Translations under genes and position numbers: made by a program | The notes under the pieces: generated by a model | The model's input: the letters and a program-made list of their open reading frames with translations, nothing else | Databases searched by the model: none | Told to the model about the DNA's origin: nothing | Assembly: GCA_002633005.1 (NCBI GenBank) | Contig: NMRA01000158.1 | Location: 560,433 to 624,432, forward strand | Source of the DNA: Phoronis australis | Lineage: Eukaryota; Animalia; Phoronida | DNA length: 64,000 nucleotides | Direction of reading: 5' to 3' | Shown here: one piece after another, positions 1 through 11,800 of the stretch | How the letters are laid out: every line of letters begins with the position of its first letter | Position numbering within the stretch: position 1 is the first letter of the stretch

Positions 1-1714
1 TCGCGAGTTTGCTCTTCAATACCTTCCAAGTACGGGAAAAATAGGTCAGTCGCAAAACGACACGCATGTCACTAGTGTTAATTTTCTTTCCGAGGTATAA
101 AACAAAGCCGGGATTTGGTTTTTACATGTTGTGAAAAGACGTTTTTGAAAACTGAAGTTGTGTAAAATGAAAGTGACACACACCATATAAACTGCGTGTC
201 AATTTTAAACCACACGCGGTCGTTTGTAGTGCGCAATGATGGGCGCTAGCTTGAACTGTGGGCGCTTAATTGGAAATTCTCAAAATTTAAGGGAGGACTT
301 TTAATAGATCAGTGAGCGCTTATTATGAAACACTTTAAAGGTAGGGAGTAGGCTTGTGCGTGAGCATAGTCGTTAACCTCAGTGTTTGCGGTAATAAGAT
401 ATTAAAACGCTGCAATGGTAAGAAACGTTATAATAATACGATTTTGCGAGGCAAACTCCATCTGGTAGGGGTGACTTTCTGGATATCGTTACCACCTACA
501 TTGTACCCTTTTTAGCCACCCGGAATGATTTTTTTAACTGCCCGCTTCAGCCGGAACAAGGTTGTTTCTATAGGAGTCTGAACATTTTACGGCGACGGTG
601 GTTCGGGGAGCGAAAAGTTGCCGGGGGGTGTATAAAGAGAAGAATGAAAAGTTCGCTAACTGGAACCACAATTTCGCATCTAGTGCCAGTTTAGTTGCAA
701 TAGCTGGCTACGGGCATAGAATACAGGGTTTACAGAACATCGACCTCGGGAAACATCGGAACAGGATAACGTTAGTTCTGGGTTATATCGGTCCCGGGAC
801 ATCGGGTCTTTTATAACCGCTGGGAAACTGAGTTCATTTTCAAATAAACCAGAGCCAAGCCGGTATACTCTTTCATTTAGGACTGTCGCTGTTCTTTGAA
901 GTGGTGCGCACGCGTGAGTTCACGCACTTGAATCGTTGGAGTAGGCCTACACTTTACGTTGGCAACAACGTGTGAAAGACAATCATATTTCGCGCACGTA
1001 GCCCCAGAAACAAGTAAAGGGTTTGAGAATTTCTTGGCAACTGAAAGTAAAGACGTGACCGTCGTTTGGCGATTAATAAGGTTGTCATTTTCACTTTGGC
1101 TGTCTTAATACGATAAAAGGAGAAGCACATCTCAGTCTAAGTCACGATTGTCTGCCGGGACCGCTTGCGCGCTAACGGTGCCGCAGTGCGATATCAGGGA
1201 TATTGTCGTGGATGTTTGGTACATGTAATAAGGACATCTTATGTGAAAAATAAGCATTTTTGTCCACCACAAAGTTTGGTAAGTTGATCGCTTAAGAATT
1301 AATAGAAACACTGTTGTTTTGTGAAGTGTTATCACGTGTAAGCAGTGGCCCGAAACTTTCTTCGGCGAATCCGGGAATTTACAAAAGTGGCCGAAAGTGT
1401 TAGCCAATGAAACGCGTCAAAGATCGATTCTTCATATCCCATGTTCACGCGACTTGCTTACAAGTCATCGGGAGGCCTGTTCTCGGTTAGTGTTCTTTTG
1501 AACTTGTATTTGGCAACAACCAAATAACGGTCGGATTAACAAGAGCTGCTTTGTATTTGCCAGGTATCTGTTGAGAAGTGTAAAAACTCAGCTCGCATTC
1601 GTTGGAAATTCCAGGTCGCATTTTGCGACTTTATATGAGCTGACAAAAATCTCAGCTCGCATTTCCAAATTTCAGGTCGCAAATGCGACCTGCAGCTCGT
1701 TATGTCGAGCCCTG
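1..1714 (-). mobile_element. Non-autonomous DNA transposon with CAGGGCTCGACA terminus (hAT-like), copy 1, cut by the window start
   Basis: Reverse complement aligns with 4808-4950 and about 5870-7864; ends in TGTCGAGCCCTG at 1714. Confidence 0.85.
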
Positions 1715-3349
1715 CACAACTACTTTTCAGGAACGGATAATAAAACTATGAAGGAAATGGGTGAGGGAGTTAGAACTAGGATAATGCAGAGTACTGATAA
1801 CCACCAACCGCATACAGCGCAGAAACAAGAGATGATCCATCATTTTAAACATTGTCCCCAAACAGAGCCATGCTAATAAGACAGCAATGGGTGCTTAATG
1901 GAAAATTCTCAAATATAGGGGGTGGGTGCTTGTAGTCGAGCAGAGGACACTTAATCTAAAATTTTCAAATGTATAGATAAGGTGGTTATATGAACAGGGG
2001 TGTAAACATAAATGTTTACAGTAATTAGGAATGCTAACGCATTAAAGAAGAACAACAAAGGATTCCACTCTAAAACACGGAACAAAACAATAGTTTTCAA
2101 AGATGGTGCTGCTGATGGCTTTTAAAACACATATCTCTCAATTTCATATTGACTACTTAAAGCGCTTGACACAGGGAGAAAATATCTGCTCGGAAATGCG
2201 AGTGACGGCAAACTTGCACTTGTACATGCAAACTTGGGCTTGTAAATGGTGGCGAATAAAAAAAAAACACAAAAAGTTTGGAGCCCTGCTCGACGCTCAT
2301 ACGAGTGATCCAATGTGGAGATTGTATTTCTAATTTTATAAGCGTTTTACTCAATACTTTATTTTCATTGCTTCTTGCATGCTTATGTCGAGCCCAAGGC
2401 TTAGCAAATTTTTCTTATGAAAGTTGGTCAACCATCGCATTCCGTTATTTTAATAACTTCATGTCGTGTTTGGAATATATCTTGTCTTGACTGCTAGGTG
2501 TTAATTGGTAAAACTCTGTCCATTTGTAACAACTACATTTCATAGTTTGTTGACTTGAAGTGATAACAGTGTTGTTTCAAGAATCAAATTTGCAGACCAG
2601 CAAAGAGTTCAAAGAGTTCATACATAGCCCTGACACTATTCTCAGAAAACCAACTCAAGTAGAGGTTTTGAGAAAACGTTATTGTCTGGCAGTTCTGCTT
2701 TTCTGCAAAAGTCTGCTTTACGAAGACAGACGAACCTATCAACAAATGAGCCACACCCGTTTTGAGTAACCAAACCTTTGCGAGTGGTTGAAAATTGTTT
2801 TTGATCCAATATTGAAAGGTATGTTAAAATGAATACTTGGGAAGCATGTAAAAGTCCAAATATATGCCTTTAAGCGAGTGGCATCTGCGATACAACATTT
2901 AGAGCGAAGAACACAGTCACAAGGCACCAAACATTGAAATTATCAAACAGAGATCAATAATGAATAACCATGCTACACTGCTACCTAACAGTCTGGAGAT
3001 TGCATTTGGAACAGCTACACAGATGAATTTGGAAAACAAAATGTTCAAAATTACGTACCTATATATGACACCTTTTTTACTGGCAAAGTGCCAGTAGCGC
3101 TTCTTGTTAATCTCCGAGCCATATCTTACGGTCTGAAACACCAAGACATCAAGACTGACTGGTAAACTCGTTGTGAAAATGTTGCATTCAGTAAATGGAC
3201 TCTATATAATACTGAAAGGCACCAAGAAACAAGTTTGTGGTGAAAAATCATATAGAAACAATCCTTCTTCGTTCACATTTGATTTAGGCCAGAACAGAAG
3301 CACAAACTTTAAAATAAGCGCGTAAGTAAATAACGACATATCTATCCTA

Positions 3350-4588
3350 CCGTAATCGTTCGGGTTAACGCCCATGCTCAGTTAATCGCCCACCCCTACT
3401 TTAGGTGGATTTTCGATTTAACCGCCCACTGCTCGGTTAACCGCCCCCCTGCTATTTTTGAAGATTTCCAATTAAGCGCCCACCTCTCGGTTAAGCGCCC
3501 ATCCCCTACTTTTGACGATTGGTGATTACCGCCCTGTGCTAATAGGAAACGCGAATCCCCGACCTTTTAGATTAAGATCGATGATAACATTGAGTGCAAC
3601 GACGGCCTCAGAGACCGCGGTTTAGCAATGTGAATTATGATACCAGTAACAAATTATTGTAACGGGTCATCGATTAACTTCAAAATGTAATACTTGAACA
3701 CTTTGTCACTTTCTTTTCTTCTCATGTTCGCAAACTTTAGGAACCGCGCTGGCGTCTNNNNNNNNNNNNNNNNNNNNNNNNNNNNNNNNNNNNNNNNNNN
3801 NNNNNNNNNNNNNNNNNNNNNNNNNNNNNNNNNNNNNNNNNNNNNNNNNNNNNNNNNNNNNNNNNNNNNNNNNNNNNNNNNNNNNNNNNNNNNNNNNNNN
3901 NNNNNNNNNNNNNNNNNNNNNNNNNNNNNNNNNNNNNNNNNNNNNNNNNNNNNNNNNNNNNNNNNNNNNNNNNNNNNNNNNNNNNNNNNNNNNNNNNNNN
4001 NNNNNNNNNNNNNNNNNNNNNNNNNNNNNNNNNNNNNNNNNNNNNNNNNNNNNNNNNNNNNNNNNNNNNNNNNNNNNNNNNNNNNNNNNNNNNNNNNNNN
4101 NNNNNNNNNNNNNNNNNNNNNNNNNNNNNNNNNNNNNNNNNNNNNNNNNNNNNNNNNNNNNNNNNNNNNNNNNNNNNNNNNNNNNNNNNNNNNNNNNNNN
4201 NNNNNNNNNNNNNNNNNNNNNNNNNNNNNNNNNNNNNNNNNNNNNNNNNNNNNNNNNNNNNNNNCGGAGTTTGACCACACTCTACATTTTCGAAACTATT
4301 TGTTAATTAGAGTGCGCAGAGTACGCACTTGGTGGCGATAAAGTTCTTTTCAAAGTGTTAGGCGATCCCAGTATGTGGCTTAGTACGTGTGGTGACTCAG
4401 ATCATAAGGTAAGATTAACCGCCCAGGGCGGTTGCCTGTCGTAATAAGCGCCCATGTTCAGTTACCCCCCCCCCCCCCCGATTTCTTGAAATTTCACGTT
4501 TAAGCGCCCATGTCTGGTTAACCGCCCACCCCCGATTTTTTGGGTTCGCCAATTTAACCGCCCAGGGCGTTAACCCGAACGATTACGG
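3350..4588 (+). mobile_element. Tc1/mariner(pogo)-type non-autonomous element, copy A (contains the assembly gap)
   Basis: 24-bp TIR CCGTAATCGTTCGGGTTAACGCCC, TA on both sides, many subterminal TTAA(C/G)CGCCCA repeats. Confidence 0.88.
3758..4264. other. Assembly gap (507 N)
   Basis: Run of N. Confidence 0.99.
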
Positions 4589-4958
4589 TATGTTTCGGTT
4601 TATTACTCTAAACCATTGCCATTGTCAAGGAAACAGTTCACAGACTCAAAACAGGCAACACAGGTAGAGAAGAGACTGTACAGGTACGTGTCAAAATGCA
4701 TTGTGAGGGGGAGAGAACACACAGTGCTGTTCTCAGTCATTCCTTGACAACTGGTCACACTATAGATTGCTCTGGTGTTCAGATGCTAGACAAGGATAAT
4801 GCCACCCCAGGGCTCGACATAACGAGCTGCAGGTCGCATTTGCGACCTGAAATTTGGAAATGCGAGCTGAGATTTTTGTCAGCTCGTATTAAGTCGCTAA
4901 ATGCAACCTGGAATTTCCAACGTATGCGAGCTGAGTTTTTACACTTCTCGGAAGAAAT

Positions 4959-5112
4959 GTGCCTCCCGTTCAGTAACACTAGGACCTCGCTAAAAAGTAA
5001 GACTTCGCGAGATTACGTGAGATATTGACGTGCATTTTAAATTAGAACACGTGACCTTGACTAGGTTTTAGCTAGGTCCTAGCGTAGGTCCTAGCGTATA
5101 CTGAACGCACAC
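4959..5112. mobile_element. Small MITE nested in the hAT-like element
   Basis: Imperfect TIRs CGTTCAGTAACACTAGGACCT / AGGTCCTAGCGTATACTGAACG; absent from copy 1. Confidence 0.65.
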
Positions 5113-5115
5113 CTG

Positions 5116-5847
5116 GCATAATGATCATCAACATAATTTTGTCCGCATAATGGTCATAAACATAATTTCGTCTGCATAATGATCATCAACATAATTTTGT
5201 CCGCATAATGGTCATAAACATAATTCTGTCTGCATAATGGTCATCAACATAATTTTGTCCGCATAATGGTCATAAACATAATTTTGTCCACATAATGATC
5301 ATCAACATAATTTTGTCTGCATAATGATCAACATAATTTTGCCTGCATAATGGTCATCAACATAATTTTGTTCGCATAATGATCATCAACATAATTTTGT
5401 CCGCATAATGATCAACATAATTTTGTCTGCATAATGGTCATCAACATAATTTTGTCTGCATAATGATCATCGACATAATTTTGTCCGCATAATGGTCATC
5501 AACATAATTTTGTCCGCATAATGATCATCAACATAATTTTGTCCCCATAATGGTCATCAACATAATTTTGTCCGCATAATGATCATCAACATAATGTTGT
5601 CTGCATAATAGTCATGAACATAATTTTGTCTGCATACTAAGCAACATAATATTGTCCACATAATGGTCATAAACATAGTTTTGTCCACATAATGGTCATC
5701 AACATAATTTTGTCCGCATAATGATCATCGACATAATTTTGTCTGCATAATGGTCACAATAATGATTTTGTCCGCATAATGGATATAAAATGTATTCCGC
5801 ATAATGGTCATAATAATTTTGTCCCCATAATGATCATAATAATTTTG
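5116..5847. repeat. Minisatellite, about 25 copies of a 29-bp unit
   Basis: GCATAATGATCATCAACATAATTTTGTCC with variants, some units 26 bp. Confidence 0.95.
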
Positions 5848-6339
5848 CTGTTAAAGGCGAAGGCAACCTTTTTAATCCGACCGTTATTTGGTTGTTTCCA
5901 AATCCAAGTTCAAAAGAACGCCAACCGAGAACAGCCCTCCCGATGACTTGTACATGTCAGCAAGTCGCGTGAACATGGGATACGCAGAATCGATCTTTGA
6001 CGCGTTTCATTTGCTAAAACTTTCGGCAACTTTTGCAAGTTTCCGGATTCGGGCCGGAAAGTTTCGGGCCACTGCATAACACGTGATAAAATGTCACAAC
6101 ACGGCGGTGTTTCCACTAATTCTTAAGTGATCAACTTATCAAACTTTGTGGTGGACAGATATGTTTATTTTTTGCGTAAGATGTCCTTATTACATCTACC
6201 AAATATCCACGACAACATCCCTGATATTGCCGGCACTGCGGCACTGTTTGGTCAGATTGTTAGCGTGCAAGCGGTCCCGGCACAAAATCGTGACTTAGAG
6301 ATGAGCGTCTCGTTTTTTATTGCCTATGACAGCCAACGT

Positions 6340-6489
6340 CAGGGGCGGATCCAGGATTTTTATTTAGGGGGGGGAGGCCAAGGCAGAGTATTAGCCAGGA
6401 TTTTGCCCGTCAGAAGGCGCACCTCCGAACTGCCAAATGGTATCTGGGAGTTTTAGGGGGGGCATGGCCCCCCTCTAAATCCGCCACTG
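6340..6489. mobile_element. CAGGGGCGGAT...ATCCGCCACTG MITE
   Basis: TIRs; flanks AACGT/AAAGT; empty site GACAGCCAAAGTGAAA in copy 1. Confidence 0.75.
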
Positions 6490-6633
6490 AAAGTGAAAAT
6501 GACAACCCTATTAATCGCCAAGCGACGGCCACGTCTTTACTTTCAGTTACCAAGAAATTATCTAACCCCTTATTTCTGGGGCTACGTGCGCGAAATATGA
6601 TTTGACTTTCACATGTTGCTGCCAGCGTAAATA

Positions 6634-6880
6634 ATGGGCGCATCCAGGGGGGATCGGGGCGAATTGGCGAATTGGGCAAAAAAGTTTGCCTCAGTGAAAC
6701 AAAAAGTCCCTTGAGTAAACGAGACAAAAATTCAGTCCACAGGAATTCGGCGCGGATGCACGATTGGCAAGCCTGAACCTAGTGGCCCCGTTTTTTGGTC
6801 CTCGTTGATTTTTTTCAGTAACAGGTCTGCATATGGAAGAATTCGAGCCCCCCCTATATTTTAGGCTGGGTGCACGTATG
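6634..6880. mobile_element. ATGGGCGCATCCAG...CTGGGTGCACGTATG MITE
   Basis: Degenerate TIRs; flanks TAAAT/TAAAG; absent from copy 1. Confidence 0.7.
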
Positions 6881-8764
6881 TAAAGTGTAGGCCTGCTCTA
6901 GCGATTCAAGTGGGGGGACTTCAAAGCTGCAAATCAAAAGAGAACAGCTACCGTCCTAAATGAAAGAGTATACCGGCTTGGCTCTGTTAAGCACCCGGGT
7001 ACGTGCCAGTGGTTTATTTGAAAATGAACTCATAGATTCCCGGCGGTTATAAAAGACCCGATGCTTTACGATATTCCCCGAGACCGATATAATCCAGAAC
7101 TGATATTTCCTGTGACGATGTTTCCCGAGGTCGATGTTCCCTAAACCCTATATTCTATGCCCATAGCCAGCTGTTGCAACTAAACGGGTACTAGATGTGA
7201 AATTGTGGTCAACGATTTTTTATTCTTCTCTTCTCTCTAGCAAGTTTTCGCTCCCCGGACCACCGTCGCCGTAAAATGTTCAGACTCCACTAGAAACATT
7301 CTTGTTTCGGATGAAGCGGGCAATTAAAAACAAAATTATTCCGGGTGGCTAAAAAGGGTATAATGTAGGTGGTAACGATATCCAGAAAGTCCTCCCTATA
7401 CTCGATGTAGTTTGTCTCGCAAAATCGTAATATTATAACGTTTCTTACCATTGCATTTGTTTAATATCTTATTAACACAAACACTCAGGTTAACGACAAT
7501 GCTCACGCACAAGCCTACTCCCTACCTTTGAAGTGTTTTGTAATAAGCGGTCACTGATTTACTAAGCGTTCCCCCTCAACCTTTGAGAATTTCCCATTAA
7601 GCGCCCACGGTTCAGGCTAGCGCCCATCATAGCGCACAACAAACGACCGCGCGTGATTTAAAATTGACACACAGCCTATATAGTGTGTCACTCTCATTTT
7701 ATAAAACAAATTCAGTTTTCGAAAACATCTTTTCTCAATATGTAAAAACCAAATCCCGGCTTTTGTTTCATACCTGCGAAAGAAACTTAACACTAGCGGC
7801 ATGCATGTCGTTTCGTGACTGACCTATTTTCCCCATACTTGGAAGGTATTGAGGAGCAAACTCGAATTACGCGATGGAATCCCGCACGCACTCGGGAATT
7901 ACTTCGAGGCCATTCATTTCATAGAAAACGAATTGTTGAGTACAGCATAAGTACCACATTTTTATTATGAAATTTGCACTGAATTGTTCCTGCGCATCCA
8001 AATACGTCATTCTGTTAGGGCATCGTTTCACGTTTTTTTTGTCAAATGTTTTTCAAACGTCGAGTTAAGTTGCAAAATTTGGGTTGCGGACAAAAAGTGG
8101 AGGGAATTTGCACTCCGAGTTAGTTTGCATCTTTAACGACTTTGATGACAGCCAGTAGCAGATCAGACCTAGCAAAATCGCGGATACTTTTTCAACGGGC
8201 ATTTTCTCCCTTTTCACATCGCAAACGTAGCTACTCGAATGCTCGTGTTAGTTAGGGAGCACTGATCCAACTTTCACGTCGGCAACTTGCCTTGCGCTTG
8301 AGGGCCTTTCAATAGCCGTTGTGAGGAACAGTAATACCGTACCTGCATGAACGAACTCAATTTTGCGATCTGAAATTTGTCAGTATTTAACGCTGCAGGT
8401 AAGAGCATAATCTATACATTTTCTCGGTAATCTAAAAAAATCGATTTTGGAGCGTAAAAATGGCGGGAAATTTTTGCGACCTGGCATTTAAGAATGCGAG
8501 CTGGATTTTGAAAATGCAACCTGGGATTTTGGCTAGGTCGCAAAATGCAATCTGGCAATTTGAATAGTGTCGAACCCTGCACCCTCAGGCTCCTCATAAA
8601 GGAGGCTATTCTTATACGGTTGAACCATGCTGAGCATTACCTCAATAGAAACATTGGTTCATTTGAGCACCAACTGTTTTGATTTCTGGTCTCTCCCCCT
8701 CACAATGCATTTTGACTCGTCACCTGTACAGTCTCTTCTCCACCTGTTTTGAGTCTGTGAACTG

Positions 8765-8816
8765 TTTCCTTGACAATGGTTTAGAGTAATAAACCGAAAC
8801 ATTGGATAGATATGTC
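8765..8816 (+). ncRNA. Hammerhead ribozyme-like motif in the Penelope pseudo-LTR
   Basis: UUGACAA (U3-A8 covariant of CUGANGA) at 8770-8776, stem II GGUUUA/UAAACC, GAAA at 8796-8799; stems I and III weak or ambiguous. Confidence 0.6.
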
Positions 8817-8888
8817 GTTATTTACTTACGCGCTAATTTTGAAGTTCATAATACTTCTTAGTCTCTAGTAAACTTATTCAAAATAACA

Positions 8889-11800
8889 AACAAGAGCAAC
8901 GCAGAGCGTTGAAATGCACCCACGAATGCACCGCAAACAGGGTGCTTCTACGGTTGTTTACATGTATCATAAAAACTGGCACTAGATGGCACAAAAATGT
9001 CCAATCCACACGAAGACAGGAACATGCCATCTTTCTTTAATAGAAAGGTATTTACCAAATTTTATAAAAATCTGTCAAAGCACTTCAGAGAAACAAAGGA
9101 AAACCGAAAAAATGAAACTGCCACTAGGAGGCACAGCGTTGGATTCACCTAAAAGTCATCGTAGTCTGTTGTTAGCTTCACATAAAGACACTAAATTTAA
9201 TAACGTTCCTGCAATAGGTTTAGGAGATACAGCTATGGGCGCAGAACTAAACTACCACTAGGAGTCCTCTTCACACTGAGAACATACACACCAATTTTTA
9301 TAATCATCCTTAGAATGGTTTGGTTGATAGAGAGTAGACTCACAAACTGTAAAAATGGCCACCAGGTGGCGCAAACTACATCGAATCCATCCAAGAAGAT
9401 ACAGAGGTTAACATAAAAAACTAAAATTGCCACAAGGGGGCAAACCGGTACTAGGATCCATCCGAAAGTCATTGACATCCGTCAACATCATATAAATACA
9501 CTTGCTAAATTTAATAAAGATCTTGCAAATGGTTTAAGAGATACAGCCATGTGTGCAAAAACAAAACAAAACTGTCACTAGAAGGTGCCACAGTAGTCGA
9601 AGTTGTCAGAAAATCTTAATCATCACGAGTCATCCTCTTCATAGCAAGAACACACATGCCAATTTTCACAATCATCCTTACATTGGTTTGGTTGACAGAG
9701 GAGTGGATGCAAAAGCAGGTTTGAAAACAGTAAAAATGGCCAATACGTGGAATAAACTATGTCAAATATATCCAAAAACGGGAGGATAGCATTATCTCAC
9801 TAATGGATGTCTATAAGCCAAATTTAATGAAAATACGTCGAGGACTTTTGAATATACAGAGGTAAGCGTAAAAATTAAAATTGCCACTAGGGAGCACACC
9901 AGCAGTCGGATTCGTCCGAATGTTCACTCATGCCGTCCCATCCATGAAAGGAACACGTGCAAAATTTCATGAACATACGTCAAAAGGCTTTGGAGATAGA
10001 GCAGCAGATGCTAGACAGACGTCGCACGGACTGATGGAGGGAGATGACGGAATGCCTCCATATATAGATGTGTGGGCGCACAAAAATGAAAACTAGAAAA
10101 AAATCTACACACTTAGTTATATTTGACAAAAAGAACATGATTCTAAAGGCTGCTCAAGGTTGCAAAAAATGCAACCAATATAACATTTTCAACATTTTGG
10201 AAAATTGACTGCTATGAAAACAAGCTTACTTTTGCATATAAGACCCATCAAAGATATCGTTTTCTATATCACCAATAAACTGCTAAAAACAAATAAGTGT
10301 AGCCCTACTTTCCAAAATGGCCATTAGATGGCGCAAAATATGTCAAATCTATCCGAAATAGGGAACATGCCATCATTTTTTTAATAGTCTAAGAGAGCTA
10401 TTTAAGAAATTTCATAAAAATCAGCCAAGGAACTTCAGCGAAACAAAGGGAAACAGAAAAAATGAAATTACCATAAGGGGCACAGCGTTCATTGCATCCG
10501 TCTGAAAGTCGTCACCGTCTGTTGTTAACTGTTTTAATACACTTATTAAATTTACTAAAGATTCTCCAGTGGGTTAAGGAGATACAGCTATAGGCGCAAA
10601 CCAAACCAAAACTCCCACTAGGAGCTGCCACAGTAGACAAAGTCGTTGGAAAATCATCGTCAGCTGTCCTCTTCACAGTAAAAACGTACATGCAAATTTT
10701 CACATTCATCCTTACAGCGGTTTGGTCGACAGAGGGGCGGATGCCAAAAAAACAGACTTGAAAACAATAAAAATGACCACAAGGTGGCAGAAAATACCTC
10801 GAATCCATCCGAAAACAGGAGGATAGTGTCATCTCACTAACAAATGCACATACGCTAAATTTTATGAAAATCTGTGGAAGACCTTTGAAGACACAGAGGT
10901 AAGCGTAAAAAACTAAAATTGCCACTAGCCGTCGGATCCGTTTGAAAGTTCGCTCATGCCATCCCATCCATGAAAGGAACACATGTGCAAAATTTTATGA
11001 ACATACGTCAAAGGGTTTTGGAGAGAGCAGCAGATGTCGGACGGACGGATGCCGGACGGAGATGACGGCATAATACGTCCACGTATAAATATGTGGGCGC
11101 ATAAAAAGGAAGGGTCTTTTCCCTCATAGAAAACTGTTTGCCAAATTTCATGAAAGTCTGTAAAGAACACCAAATAAACAGAGGCTAAAACGCAAAAAGT
11201 CAAATTGCTGCTAGGGGGCAGAGCAGTAGCGACATCTGTCCATCTGCTGCCAAGTTAATAGAAATAAAGTTGGCAAATACAGAGAATGCCAAACAGATTC
11301 ATAAATAATAAAAATGACCACCAGGTGGTGCAGAATACATCAAATCCATCCAAAAATGGGAAAGCATTCCAAGACGTGTATCTTTAACAAAAACATACTT
11401 GCCAAATTTCATGAAAATCTGTCAAAGAAGTCTTAAGATACAGAAGTAAATTGACTATAATTGTAACTTGGGGTCACAACAGTCTTCAGATTCGTCCGAA
11501 AGTCATCCTCATATATTGTCCATTTCATTGAATAACGCATGCCAAAAATCACAAAGATCCTGCTAGGGGTTAAGGGTATATGTAGCTGTGGACGCAAAAG
11601 AATCAAAATTGTCACTAGGAGGCACCACCGTAGTTGGACCCATCTGAAAGTTGTCAGATGTAGTCTTCTCAACAGGAACATATAAGCCAATTTTCACAAC
11701 TTTGAACCTTAAAGCGGTTCGAAAGACAGAGGCAAACGCTGAAAGAATTTGAAATAATAAAAAACGGCCACTAGGTGGCACATAATACAATGAATCCATT

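Larger units (their letters stand above)
4808..8579 (+). mobile_element. Non-autonomous DNA transposon (hAT-like), copy 2, complete, 5-bp TSD
   Basis: TIRs CAGGGCTCGACA / TGTCGAACCCTG; subterminal TGCGACCTG/TGCGAGCTG repeats at both ends; TSD CACCC; removing it restores the Penelope reading frame. Confidence 0.88.
3305..8846 (+). mobile_element. 5'-truncated Penelope-like retroelement with inverted pseudo-LTRs, interrupted by two DNA transposons
   Basis: 3305-3349 plus 4591-4715 is the reverse complement of 8690-8846. 4716-4807 joined to 8585-8682 reads HSAVLSHSLTTGHTIDCSGVQMLDKDNATLRLLIKEAILIRLNHAEHYLNRNIGSFEHQLF*, the typical PLE GIY-YIG C-terminal pattern (SA..H...GH.ID...LD......KEAI.I.....LNR..G). 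Confidence 0.85.

Noticed and set aside
3654-4341. ORFs of 190-215 aa
   Set aside because: Artefacts of translating through the N gap
4696-5028. 110-aa ORF as a gene
   Set aside because: Chimera of pseudo-LTR, Penelope GIY-YIG fragment and read-through into the inserted element
5116-5847. 29-bp repeat array as a CRISPR
   Set aside because: Units are contiguous with no unique spacers, there are no cas genes, and the context is a eukaryotic intron-containing genome
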